A stretch of DNA of 64,000 nucleotides. It comes from Phoronis australis. Lineage: Eukaryota; Animalia; Phoronida. Positions 51,401 through 63,663 of the stretch are shown piece after piece. The notes beneath the pieces are model-generated. The model was not told where the DNA came from and searched no databases. It saw only the letters and a list, made by a program, of their open reading frames with translations. Both the position numbers and the translations under genes were made by a program. Position 1 is the first letter of the stretch. Every line of letters starts with the position of its first letter. The stretch is from contig NMRA01000239.1 of the NCBI GenBank assembly GCA_002633005.1, forward strand, positions 272,288-336,287, given 5' to 3'.

Positions 51401-54400
51401 CTTCCAATTTTCTTTCGACTAAAAAACGTCACACAGGCAGCCTTGGTGCCGAGTTCTCTGGCTCTGGTATCATGTTTATTTCATTTCTGGCTCTTGTGAA
51501 CAACGCGCCTTTTTGGTGACCTCAGTTGCCATTTGGCGACCTAGGAATTTTGCCAGGTCCCATTTGGCAAGTAGACATGCTAAGCGTAGTCTTGTTAATA
51601 ATATTAAATGAAATATTTAACATGAGCAACGCGAAGTATTGGAACACATCCAAACGGAATGCTGTTAGGGATGCTTATCAGTACCATAAATATGGCCACC
51701 AGGTGGTGCAGAATATGTCAAATCAGTCTGAAAATGGGAAGGCCCCGCAGTCTTCTTAATCGAAACCTATTTGCCAGATTTCATTAAAACTGTTCAGGAA
51801 CTCCAAAGATACAGATGAAACTGTAACAAAAATAAAATTGCCATGAGGCACATTGTCCAAAAGAAGTTGACATCTGCTGCCACATTCATAGGTATACACT
51901 TGGTGAATTTGAGCGAGATCCTGCTCATGGTTCAGGAGATACTGCGGCAGACACCTTACAAAGGTCACAGAGTGCACGACAGAGATGATGGACAAGAATC
52001 CACACATGTATATAATGTATATGTGGGTACACAAAAATGAAAACATTTTCTCATGGTATCCTGAAGACTGATTAAATTGAATGTGACGAACATCACTTGG
52101 ACAGTCAGGAGTACATTCACAGGTTGCAACAATAGGAAGAAGGCTAGTAGTTTAAATGTATAGCAGAGTTTGCTCATGGGTCTATACTGATCACATAAGC
52201 CATGCACTGTTGTGTACAACCACTTATAATTCTATAGTTGACAGCTGCAAAGGCTTTCAACAAAAATGCCTTTCTAAGTTGTGCAATTAAATCAGTTTTT
52301 ATAACAGTCAAACACTTTAGCACCACTGTGTGACATATCTGCCCATGTGTAAGCCAACCCTAAACTTCTTATTTAGTTATAAAATAGGTCAATTTACCTT
52401 GCTCTGTAATATTTTGTAAGAAAGATCGAATAGCTTCAACCCACAAGTAGGTAATACTCTCACCAACATTCTCACTGAAATGGAAGGAAAAATAAATTGA
52501 GGCATAACACTAATTAAATGAGAAACAAAATAGACATATTTACAAATCACTCAAGTATAAATAAAATAAGATATAAAGTCAGATGCTACATCTGCTCTTT
52601 GTTGGTGTCATAAACTGTTTAAAAGGAGAATTCGAATATTTTTGTTTTTTGTTTATAGAGAAAATACAAACTCCTTGTTACCTTACAGGCATACTTCAGC
52701 ACTGAACAAAATTACCTAGTTCTTATTGAGTATTCCACAGCTTTTTGAGTTTCAACAAAAATTTGAAGTACCCATGGATGTCTTTTAGTGTTTAGAGAAT
52801 CCGACCAGTCATGACTTTGAAGATTAATAATAGTTATTTTGGTATTGAATAATGTTTTGCAAAATGACCATGCTTACCTGTATATGTCTTCAAGAGAGTT
52901 CTGTATTTCGCGTCTATCATCTCCTCTCAGCCATGGAGCACTACAGAAAAATAATGAATAAGTGGTCAAGTGGAAGACAAGATTACTGGGGGGATGACTT
53001 ATTTGTTTTTCCATGTTCCCTTTTAAAGTCTGCAAATAGAAATCATTCAAAACTTGAAAAAAGTAAAGAAAAATGTTTTGACTCTTTAATTTATAAGTAA
53101 TGCCTATTTTTCTGTAAAGGAAATGTTTAATTTTTTGGTCAATTCAAAGTAATTTACTTAAAAAAATCTAATGAATCTTTTCTCTGAAAATGAAATTAAT
53201 CGAAATAAAACTTCTTCAAACCACAAATGTAATACAGTTATAACACTAACCCCAACTCAATATAGTCTTCCTATGACATCCTGTCAGGTATTCACATAGT
53301 ATTCATAATTTTTGCCAGTTGTTTTGCATGTTGTGTGTATTTGCATTCTCTCAGTGGAAGTTGTGAAACGTCGGGTACTAGTAATAAAGATGGAATTTTA
53401 TGAAACTTCCATCGTCACTTTTATCCTCACATTATGGCCAAAAATGAACATAATGAAAAGTTTTGAAAAACTGCGTGAATGTAGATGCTGACCTCTCTTT
53501 GTGCACAGCTTTCTGACAATAATACTTTGTACTTACAAGTTTCAAAGTAATGTGGCCCATGAAATATTTGTTTCTGTCAATATTTGAAGACGCTCAATAG
53601 GCATAACCAAATTAAATTTTGGAAGCACATGCGAAAGGGGCAGGTGTGGTTACATACTCCTTACTTGGGCAGAGGTGGGTCAGAGGTCACACACAAAAAA
53701 TCTACCGGCAATAAAACGTACATCTAGAGTGTGCATTACCCATTGTGGTAGATTCAGCTATGAATTATTGTCTAGTATGTTGTGAAAGGAGCACTTACTT
53801 GAGCTGATAGAGGGGTGGTGAGTTACTAGGGTAACCAGGAGGGAAAGTCACCTACAAAAGAAGAAAAAGTTCAAATTGAATTGAACAAATGTTAAGTTAA
53901 TTTCAAAAAACTTCAGAGCACCTTCAGTAAAAGAAGATGTGCTTCCTCATTTGAAAAAAAAACGACATTTCCTTCATTTAAAAGAACAATGTCTTTGGTG
54001 CTTCTTTTTCTTAAACTCATCATTGAACAACAATAAATCAACAACTTACATTAAATCAACAAAAGACTAGCAAATTCTCAGAGTTGCTGTACTGCAGAAT
54101 TCTATACTTTCACAGCGACACTGAGAAGACTGTTTCAAATCCTTTTAACCTCTGACCTCATCAAGGACAGAGAGTTGACCTCTGACCTCCATAAAAGCGC
54201 TCAGTAAGACCACCTGTAAGTTGATGCCTGTGTCACAATTCTCATCATGTTTGATGTGAATGCAGTAAGTGCGCTCAGCTTCATCCACTATCCGCCAATC
54301 ATCTCCATATATGGATGACAAGGCCTCCACCTCGTCCGCCTATAAGTACAGAAGACCATCTAGGTGCAAGAAAACAAAAGTCATTTTGTGGACGATTCCA

Positions 54401-54994
54401 TGTGGATAAGATGAACGAACAGAATTTCAACTAAAATGTTTCCATAGGATTCATGTCATCAGTAATATGACTTTAAAGATTTCAGTGCAAGGAAGAATTC
54501 GCTGCAAAGCTTAATTCTGGCATATGAGTTGGGGGGAGGAGCATATGGGGTGAACATGGCCATATTAGACACTGCCACTGTTTCTACAGCTAAGTGATGC
54601 TCCCAAAGAGCCTTCAGGCTTCATACGCCAGAAGCTATTCGACGAATGTGCCTGAATAAACCATCAGTCATGTTGCTTCTGTATCATGACAATTTTGCGC
54701 AAAGAGGTACACCTTAGTAGGTTGCCGATGTTTTTACAAGTGCCAGGGGATGTGACGTCATATGTCCAGGCGTAAGCAGTGTAAAATGGTCAGTTTGCCA
54801 ATTTGAGCAACTGAACCAGGGCTGCTCAAAAAAAGTTAGATTACGGCCAATGTTCGAGTTGGAAGGAATTAGAGACATCGACGGCCTCCGACTCCGAGTC
54901 CCAAGGTGACCCTCTATAGCAATAACTTAGCCCATTGAATGGGGGAAATGCAATACATATGTTTTACCTGTTTAGTAATGTTATCGTCGTCCAT
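45476..54994 (-). CDS. IMPACT: Protein IMPACT (RWD + ancient/UPF0029 domain), 299 aa with one copy of exon 6
   Basis: Exons 54994-54968, 54339-54214, 53851-53799, 52940-52878, 52474-52398, 51250-51137 (duplicate at 49492-49379), 48268-48174, 47657-47584, 47166-47076, 46649-46512, 45517-45476. Motifs: DEVEALSSIYG, FPPGYPSNSPP, DRRSVFQPH, KIANATHNIYAYR, DDGETHAG, VVVTRWYGGVHLGPDRFKHINN. Confidence 0.96.
47920..48057 (-). mobile_element. tRNA-derived SINE, copy 2
   Basis: Minus strand: agctcagcgg...ggtttcgaacccc...tgatgtggccaacatatggc. Confidence 0.7.
49545..49840. mobile_element. hAT-like MITE with apparent 5-bp TSD (duplicate at 51303-51594)
   Basis: TIR caaagctccac / gtagagccttg. Flanks are TTAAT/TTAAT in the 51303 copy and ttgat/ttaat here. 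Confidence 0.55.
50459..50721. mobile_element. Left half of the Harbinger MITE, truncated at an assembly join
   Basis: Near-identical to 18876-19138; preceded by TGA. Confidence 0.88.
54600..54922. mobile_element. Degenerate member of the MULE-type foldback family in IMPACT intron 1
   Basis: cgccagaagctattcgacgaat, ttttgcgcaaagaggtacaccttag and gagttggaaggaattagagacatcgac match the arms of 30580-31517 and 26841-27300. Confidence 0.7.
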
Positions 54995-55099
54995 TTAATT
55001 ACCAACTTTCAAGGAATTACCCAACTGCAAACGCAGTCCCTTTGCGTTTGGTTTTCCATGACTGTGATTTCCCATACGTGACACCTGGCGTCCAATTGA

Positions 55100-57420
55100 A
55101 TAACTAAATTTTACCGATCGCGTTTCGCTGGTACCCGTGACAGAGTTTACCGCGGGTACCAGAGTACTGATAGCGTCAGTCTCGAGCACAGACTCTCTTT
55201 GCGGCCTAAGACTGAAACCTTTAGAAGCCTGGGTTCGTAACTTACGATGAGCGTGAGGGGGTGGAAAGCTGTAGTATGAGTCAGGAGCGACACGAAGTTC
55301 TCAAGCGTCATAATTTGGCCAATTTTATGAAATCCTTTCAAACCTGTGCGCATGTTTTGATTTTTCGGAATTTTACGTTTCACTGGCTGAAGCCAGTGCG
55401 GGCCACGAGTGTTCTTCTGAACGAAATCTGAAATCTAGTGTAAGGACCAAAGATACGTTAGGTTTCTTAAACTAGACATTTTTTATTTTTCTCCGGTTTG
55501 TGTGGTATTATCTTTGATTAAAAGATGGCTAAAAATAAAATTGCCTCTGTATTTTCACAAGGTGATGTTATAAAAACTAGCGTTTTCTCGAGGCGCTCCA
55601 TAATTCTCTTCGTCACCCGACCGTCTACCGTTAGCTGATGATTTAATAGGTATGCCCGTTACACCGAACCACGCAGTTCCTTTCAGTGTCGGGGATAGAG
55701 AAGTTACATAACCCCTTCCGGCACTGTCTCGCTGTTGTGCGGTCTTCGTTCATGTTTTGTATTGTTCCATCTACGAAATTACATACTTTTCTGTAACCAT
55801 TTTAATAGTGTTTTGAAGGACAACCAAAACTTTACAAAATATGAAACATAAAAAACAACTTTGAATTTTCTAGAAATACTAATCTAAAATAAATCTTTTT
55901 TCATTTTTACGAGTTTAAATTAACCTGATATTCCAGTTGTATTATACATGCTGAATATAGGTATAAAATATGTTTGTCTTCATTTTTGTTTTTCATCACA
56001 TTTATTCCTCGGCATTTAAAAACAGATGTGGCCGCAGTCCTCTAGTTTTAGCGATCAATAAATAACTAAAAAACGAAAGGAAAATCCTGTCACGTGATTA
56101 TTCTCCTACTAGGCTAATGCTGACGGAAATAACACTAACAGTTTGGAGATCAGTGGATCTGTTGCCAAGAAATAGTGAAAACTCCGGGACACGAGCGCTA
56201 GTGAAGTCAAACGATCAGGCGACAGCGGTGTTCTGGAAAAGATTACGCCTTTTTCACTAACCAGTCTTCTTTCTACAGTAAATCGAAAGACCTGTTACTG
56301 AAGAAACCACGTCTTTGAAGTTCACAACCTACCTAGCAATTACCTGTTGACAACAGAATGTTATCATTTTCTTGTCAATAATGAAACTGTGCGACTAGTT
56401 TGCATAGCCTATTTATTAATTCAGACAGTGCGAATTAATAAAGACTTGCTGAAACCTTCTTGGAACGGCTTCTGTATTTATCGTATTGCAGTTCACAGTC
56501 GAAAATCCTTAGATCGTATTATATACATCCCGGCTCAGACCAATACTCCGGCCACAAATTTCAAAATATTCGCAAAAGGATTCAAGAGGGAGAAATGCAC
56601 GCTCTCTCGTGGCAACGAAGATAGAAACAGGGTCAGGTCTGACGATCAAGAAACCATTTGATTTCATTTCGTTTTTTAAATGCATGTTCGGATTCTCAAT
56701 GTCCGACCCGGTTTGAGGTGTGGTCCGTTGCGACAGTAGTCCAGGCACACTCATGCGCACCGATCGTGCTGGGCAGCCAGCATCGCGGGCTCTTGATTGA
56801 ATTTTCAAAGTAGGATTTATTTTTGTTTTAAAAAGGATTGGAATTATTAAATGGCGTTGAATTTACAAAATACGCATAGATTTTTTTTTTTGGAATACTT
56901 TTGCATTCTGCACTGGCCATACGGATTGTTTTTCAATAATAAAATGACCCGCGGTCGCTTTCTCGCTGGCCTAAATTCTCTTTCAACCGTCGGCTAGTTC
57001 GGAAGTGTCGGGGAATCACACCATGGGCGGAACACCCCCCTCCCCGACGTTGGTGCAACCGCCACAAGACCGCGGTCTGTCCCCGCTCGTGGTCAGTCGC
57101 TTCTCGGGAGCTCCAGTTTTCTCATGATTTCCTCTTCTTGGAAATCCGAAAGTTAAACGTTACTGCCACTTATCTCCGAGGCATTTGAAGAACGGGCCTT
57201 TTGGCCGATCATCTCCACGGTACTCACATCGGACTTCGTTATCTTGATTACTCGCGGACAAATTGACCCTTGGGGTCATTTTACTGGGCCAAAACCCCGT
57301 GAAAGTTAACCTGATTGCAGTTGGTTAATTTCCTATAACGGCACCCCACAGCCGACCATACCATGCGTTCATTTGCCCCCGGCGTTTAGTCAGTGCCGTC
57401 TCGGGAGCGTCGGTCACGTA
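55100..57420 (+). ncRNA. Candidate structured non-coding transcript divergent from IMPACT (unidentified)
   Basis: About ten stems of 6-12 bp, several extendable by G-U pairs only on +. No convincing ORF and no motif of a known ncRNA class recognised. Confidence 0.3.
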
Positions 57421-57750
57421 GGTCAAAGCGTGACGTCATGATAAATAAAATATGACGAACCGCTCACCGTATATAGCCACAACTGTCTAGTGGGTTTGTT
57501 TGGTTTCATTATTTGTTCACCTGAAAAGCCTAACTTCCGTCCGGTGAGCTGAATGAGTAACAACCACTCCGTTCGCCCACTGTTCAACTAGTCAAACCTT
57601 TAGCGTATGTAAACGCACCTGAATAACCTATATGAAAGTATTATCATCGTCTTTCTCATGAAGTTGCAACACCAAAATAAACAAAATAAAAAAAAATAAA
57701 CAAAACTTATAAGTTTGGCAACATAATATATCCTTATTACTAGGCGTAAT

Positions 57751-57848
57751 GCTTGTTTTGTTTCCGTTTCAGGACATACAAGTTCGTGATACAGTCGCCA
57801 GGCTTGTTTTTTTCCGTTTCAGGACATACAAGTTCTTGATACAGTCGC
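57751..57848. repeat. ~50-bp tandem duplication
   Basis: gcttgtttt.tttccgtttcaggacatacaagttc.tgatacagtcgc, twice. Confidence 0.9.
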
Positions 57849-60590
57849 TATACTTCAATGCTTTTATTAAATTCTTAATACACCGATCAATTGTCTGATT
57901 TGGAACGCCAACGGCAAAAAAGATATTCGACACCGACAACAACGAAGCATCCCTATTGCTCATCGAAATGGACTAAGCGAGGGATGACTAATTTATGTCC
58001 TATAGATAACGTTGACTGTGATCAATTGATATTTCTAGCTCAGTTGTATTCTCAGTCGATCGTAGACAAGCGCTGTTCTAAACAGTTGAGTTAGCACACG
58101 GTGGTGAGAACAGTCTTCACACACGATGATCCGTTCGATTACTTTTGTTGTCTTCTGCACATTCTTCAGTTTGGCGAGAACAGATGTCGCTGGCAAACCT
58201 ATGGAGTGAGTAAATCGAACGCAAAATTTTACTTATTTCTACCATTTACTAACATAATAATGGAAAACGTTGTTAAAATCACGGACGCATTCGTTTTATG
58301 AACAGTCCAGAGAACTTAGAACCCAGCACTGGCATTCGATATAGCTCATATTGATGGTTGCCATTTTGTTTGCAGGTGTAGACTATACTTTCAGTATCAG
58401 AAGTATTTTTTGTCACTATTGACGCGCGGCTCCGTACGGATTTGGCGCATGCTTTGGCAAGATGTACATTTGGATTATGATAGACGTGTGGATATATTAT
58501 AGTTTTGTCATCGCCTTTAATGTCTTGCCTGATCTCCTAGTTGATTACGCATGAATAAAACTCGAATGCCATTTCTAAAAACAGCCCCGCCATCACAGTA
58601 CAGTCAATGTACATGGTAACTGAGCTGTCTGTTTCATATGATGAGCCATGATATTAATGCTATTTAAATATGCATCGAAGAAAAAGATTCAAAATGGTAT
58701 ATTCGCTCACAAACACAGCGATTATGACTTTCCGTCAAAGGACAAATTACACAATCTAGCAGATTGCGTATAAGTTATGCTTAGACTATTATAAAACATT
58801 GAAGTCATTAGCGAGGAAATTGTTTTCTTGGCTTTAAAGCCAAATAGCACGAGTTTGGTTATGTACTTCGTTTACCGCAGCTAATTTATTTCAATGCAAT
58901 ATATTGACATACTATTCATTTTGTAATATGAGACGCTACAGCGCTCTATATAGATTCTGTATTCATTTACATCGCATCAGGCTCTTCCAAGGTGATAAAG
59001 TTCTAATCGATTGCCATGGAAACAGTCTCGAACAGACGGTGTGTAGATATCAGAACTTCGACTGAACGCTTGTAATTGCGCCGCGTTTATTGAATTCCGT
59101 TAATTTATGTCCGTGTTCGTTAAAAGCGACGAGTAAATGTCAATATCTACGTTAATGCACTCAAAACAATGTGAGAGTAATTAATTACGCTTTACAAGTA
59201 TAATTCGTGTCATTTTAGTTTAGTTGTTAATTGCAGTTTTTGTCTCAGTCACAAGTCTTACTACGGAAATCTGAGCTAAATCTTCAAATGCATTACGAAC
59301 TTTTTGGAGAAAACTAAGACAAGTACAATCAAAAATGCGGAATGCCGGGTAATATTATTATTTCACTTGTCTTGCTCAGAGACGAGCAATGGTTTACAAC
59401 GCACGCTTTTGTAGGCGTTTGAATCTTGACCTAATCTTCCAAGGAAGCATCGTTAGTGGCAGACGTGTTACTTGTCTTGACTAGACGTGATGAGTACGCG
59501 TACAACGCTCCGAAGTAAAACTAGGGCACACAGTCTGCCAACCTCTTGAGCCCCAGGTGCGTTCTCAATAAGTGCGTTCTTTTCTCGTGAACACAGGTTA
59601 TTTCTCACAAATCATTTCTGGTTGACTTTGACAAGAAATCCGAGTGAGCACATGCTTGACAGAGTTGTAGCGTCCTCATCTGAAATTTAATGAAAGCAAT
59701 CCAGTTATTTTTCCGCTAAAATTTTAAGCTAAAAAATGTCTGCATTGGGACACGATTTGTCAGTAGTCTTCATTCGACCAAATTTGCCAGGACTAATGAG
59801 CTACCGCGGTTTGTTTTCTCAATTAGAGGTGTCGCAGTGTAAATGCCTGACAACTGGAGCGACGAAAAACCCGCCGGTATTCCTTCTGTTACGTAGCAGA
59901 AATCATTGGGGACACGACCCCTTGCGGATTTAATCCCATCAATTTTCCCTGAAATATTTTTGGGATTTCCGACGTACATGGGAACACAGCTTGTGTTTAA
60001 AACTGTCTGAATACTGATCATTGGATACAAGCAGTTGCCCAGGACGAAAGTGTAAAACCCACGTTCCTTGCAACAAGAAACCAACTTTTGGACCCCATGC
60101 TGCTCTGAAATTGATCTCAACTTGTTCTTTTCTTAGATGAGAAGAGATATTTGGGTTTCCAAAGGACAGTCATTTTGTTATCCGTTGAGACCCTCGGTGC
60201 ATAAAATGAAATGCCGTGACAAACTAATTTGTAGAACCAGATCTTGAGAAATAACGAAGTGGTAGTTCACTGGAATCCCTGAAATCCTCTCAAATTTGAC
60301 TATGGATTTTTTTAGACCAATCTCGTTACGGGAAGTGGTTTAAACTGTCAGAGTTGTTTTTTTATGGAAGGTGGGTTTACAACGGTTTTAAGACTTTTCA
60401 AAACCATATAGAACGTAATTTTTTGTGTATGTGTTTAGAAGTCTAGAAGAGTACGCTCCTTCACGACGAGTGGAATCCTGCTTGTGTGGCTGGGTTCACC
60501 GCAACAAAATTGAATTATTCACGTTCTGAGATTTTGTATTGGCCTAAGTGTTCATCCGACGTAACTTGGCTCTCAGGGCTCACACTAAGA

Positions 60591-60757
60591 CATAGGCGGA
60601 TCCATAGGGTTCAAGGATGTCCTGACTGTCCCTTTTTGCCTTGATTTTAATCATGATGATACCAAATCTAGAATTTTCAAATCCTTGACTTGGACCCCGT
60701 TTTTAAGTCAACCTTTGATCTGGACCTCTTTTTTAAAAAATCCTGGACCCGCTCCTG
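60591..60757. mobile_element. Short hAT-like MITE
   Basis: cataggcggatcca...tggacccgctcctg terminal inverted similarity; a related taggggtggatcca...ccagccactg element lies at ~61309-61467. Confidence 0.5.
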
Positions 60758-63663
60758 TATGACGTCACTGATAGCGTGTGAGGGCAGTCTAGAGGGACTG
60801 TGCACGAGACAACATCCGACGCTGTACATCATACTGAGACTATGAACTCTCGTGTTTAATCGAAGAAGCGAACTTTTGTTTTAGACCACTCACCGCTGTA
60901 AAATTGATCTCATCTTGTTCTTTACCTATACGAGTTGTGAGTTCAGGGTTTGCAAACATCTTACAGTGCATTACTTCTTAAAGCCGGCGCTTAAAATGAC
61001 CCATAATACACGCAGTGTTGGCTTACGTAGTAAATGCTATAACAATATTTATACCCTAATCAACGAATTCTCAGTTCTTTTGAAGCTCTGACGTCATCTC
61101 CATTTTGACAAAGGAACAATTTGGGACCACACCCAAGGTGTTCCGATGGTTCTATCTATCACTTTACTTAAGGTTCTAACAGAAATGAATGACGAGTACA
61201 TTTTGTTTTACATGTGATGAGCGAGACATACGAAGGCGCTTGTATTGCTTAAGACTGAAAGAGAAATTCTCTTCCTACGTGCGAGCTGAACAAAGTAAAA
61301 AGAATTACTAGGGGTGGATCCAAGATTTTGAGTTGGGGGGGGGGGGGGCAGGACAGAGCATTAGCTAGGATTTTGGCCTTCAGACATTCGCACCACGGAA
61401 CTGCTAAATGTAATCTAGGAGAATTTTAGGGGGGCATGACCCCCTTGCTCCCACAAACCAGCCACTGTTGACCTAAACAACTTAATCCCACTATTTCCGT
61501 TTGGCAATAGCAATTGGTTTCCATCATCACTTGCAATAGATGTGTAATTGGAAGCTAACCTCTAAAGAATTAAGCGCGAGAAAATAGCAAATGTGTATTA
61601 TAAACCAAGTGTCAGGTGTAAACGTTTGAATGTTTTTGTGGTGTTCTCGGTGAGAAGTGATTACTGTCTGGGCAGGTAATGTTAATCCAAGTCCATTATG
61701 CAAATGAAACGTTTTCCCAGAAGAGCTAAATGATCTGTGACACAAGTCTTTATAGAAACTTGAGCTCTATTTAATGTTTTCTCACTTGCAGAGTAAATTT
61801 GTCACAACTGGCGCGTGCCTCACTGTATTGCACACATTTGCGACCTTTCTTGTGAAAATGTTCTCAAAGCAAACGAGACAAGCTCGATGATCAATGAAGC
61901 AGTGTGCGCACACAAAGAGATTTTCCTATTTGCATTACACATTTTGATAGCTTAATATAAAACTTTTCATAGAAACCTTAACACGTTTGGCTCTGTCAGA
62001 CACAATAGGTTTTGCGAAAAGAAACCACTCGTTTTTTTCGGGGGGAGGGACTTTTGTAGGATCGACTTCTTAAAGTTGCTAGCTTTGACCAGAGCTATAG
62101 GAAGGAAGGTCTTTGTTTTTGTGTTTTATTGGAAATCGCCGATTCTTACCGAGAGCTGGTAGTCAAAGTTAACTGAAATCGAGGCGGCGAACTCATCAGC
62201 TGTTTCATTGCTGGTCGATGTGAAAATGGCCGACGCCAGCACTTTGTAATGAAAGCTGACGTGAAAAACATACAAGGGTTGATTTCCCGCGTGTACGTGA
62301 GAAAAAGCGGCGAAGAGCAGTTATCTGTCTACAGACTAGAATCCAGTATTTGGGAACAAAATCGAGCGCTGGACTGCCGTGACAACCGATTGAAATACCT
62401 CGGTGCTTCAAAAAAATAAAAATAAATAAAAAAATCAACTCGAATCGCTTCCGTCGGCGAAGGCAGTCAGCCTCAAACTTAAACAAAGTTCGCTTTCCTA
62501 AATGGCCAAATCCGTTTTGAAAACTCGATAACCTGATACTGGAACTTCTGCAGAAGTGCAGGCTAAGTGAATTGCGAGTAAGGCGTTACATGAAGGTCAT
62601 GTGATTCAATAGCCAGGGAAATCCATTTATGAACATAAGAGAACACTAGCATGTTGGGTTACGTATTAAATGAGAGAAATCAATTTGGGTTCATTGGCCT
62701 TGCACATTTTTGCGAAATAAAAAGCAACAAAAACAGAATCACTTAAGAAACTGGAAGTAATTTCGATGGAAAAGCTCCAAACAACTGTGGAAATGTTATC
62801 TCAAATGAAGTTCGCGTGACTGTTCAACTTTTGTATAACGTGCAAAAAGTGGTTTTAATTTTAATTTAAACCGTTTTAGTCGCCGAAATCGGGTCCAGCA
62901 GCTTTAAAATTTATAACGATCAGCACAAGAACCAGGCTGAATGATTTCAGTTAATCAAATACAATTAGACACATTCGCTAAATGCGTACACCGTTTTCTT
63001 TATCGATTACGACAAAGGGAATGTTGGAATCATTCGAATGTGGTAAAACTCTGGCAGCCAGAGCAATTGACCTAGGAAATGTGAGTGAAAAATTGAAACA
63101 AATTAGCATAAAGAGTTGGTGAACACGCATAAACGACACACTTGTTATCAGTATTGAAATAAAAATTACAAAAAACGGACATGAGTGAATTTTGTTTTTC
63201 AAAACAGAAACTGTTTGGTAATCTTGACAAAGTCCGAGTTTCACAATGTCGTTTACAGGAATAAGTCGGTTGGTATGCTGAGTTATAATTTAGGGACGTT
63301 TATGATAAGCGGGGTGCAATCTTTTCTCGTATAGTCATGTATTCATGACAACGTCATGCTATAGGATGATGTGCCACGGAACTGATGCTTGTCTAGTGAT
63401 AAATTCAAACAGGCTGTCTGTTGTTACTGCCGGGTTAAATCACAGTTATGTGGCAATTTATTTATTTGTCCTTATAATTTTCAGTGATTGTGGCCCTGAT
63501 GGCGTGTGGCCCAGCTAGGGGACGTGCTCTAATAGTCTAATAGCCCTCTTGATAACACGGCCTTGAGAAGCAATACACTCGATATGTACGCTTCTGATGA
63601 ATTGGAACTACAAACATGCAAAATGAGGGTATTTTCAAATAGACGAATTTTTTTTATTTTCAG

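Larger units (their letters stand above)
48972..52211. repeat. ~1.5-kb direct duplication (48972-50457 vs 50723-52211) containing IMPACT exon 6
   Basis: The two copies differ by scattered substitutions and small indels. They are joined through a truncated MITE and a single N at 50722. Confidence 0.92.

Noticed and set aside
54145-54190. DR1 nuclear-receptor element TGACCT-C-TGACCT, nearly duplicated, in IMPACT intron 2
   Set aside because: TGACCT words are frequent throughout the window, so function cannot be supported from sequence alone.
55630-55660. CTGATGA hammerhead-ribozyme core or C-box (also at 44093 and 63595)
   Set aside because: No stem II-GAAA-stem III arrangement and no properly spaced D box with a terminal stem.
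56940-57420. Telomerase RNA, 7SK or RNase P/MRP as the identity of the structured region
   Set aside because: No CTAACCCT template, no paired GATC 5' stem with a matching 3' closure, and no CR-I/CR-V pseudoknot pair found by eye.
58380-58394. 15-nt match (AGACTATACTTTCAG) to the 5' end of U3 snoRNA
   Set aside because: Similarity stops before GGATCA (box A), and no boxes B, C or D follow. It is chance or a tiny fragment, not a U3 gene.
62190-62585. CpG-rich segment with a YY1-like AAAATGGC motif as promoter/first exon of the last gene
   Set aside because: Plausible, but no exon boundaries or start codon could be tied to the 63664 exon.
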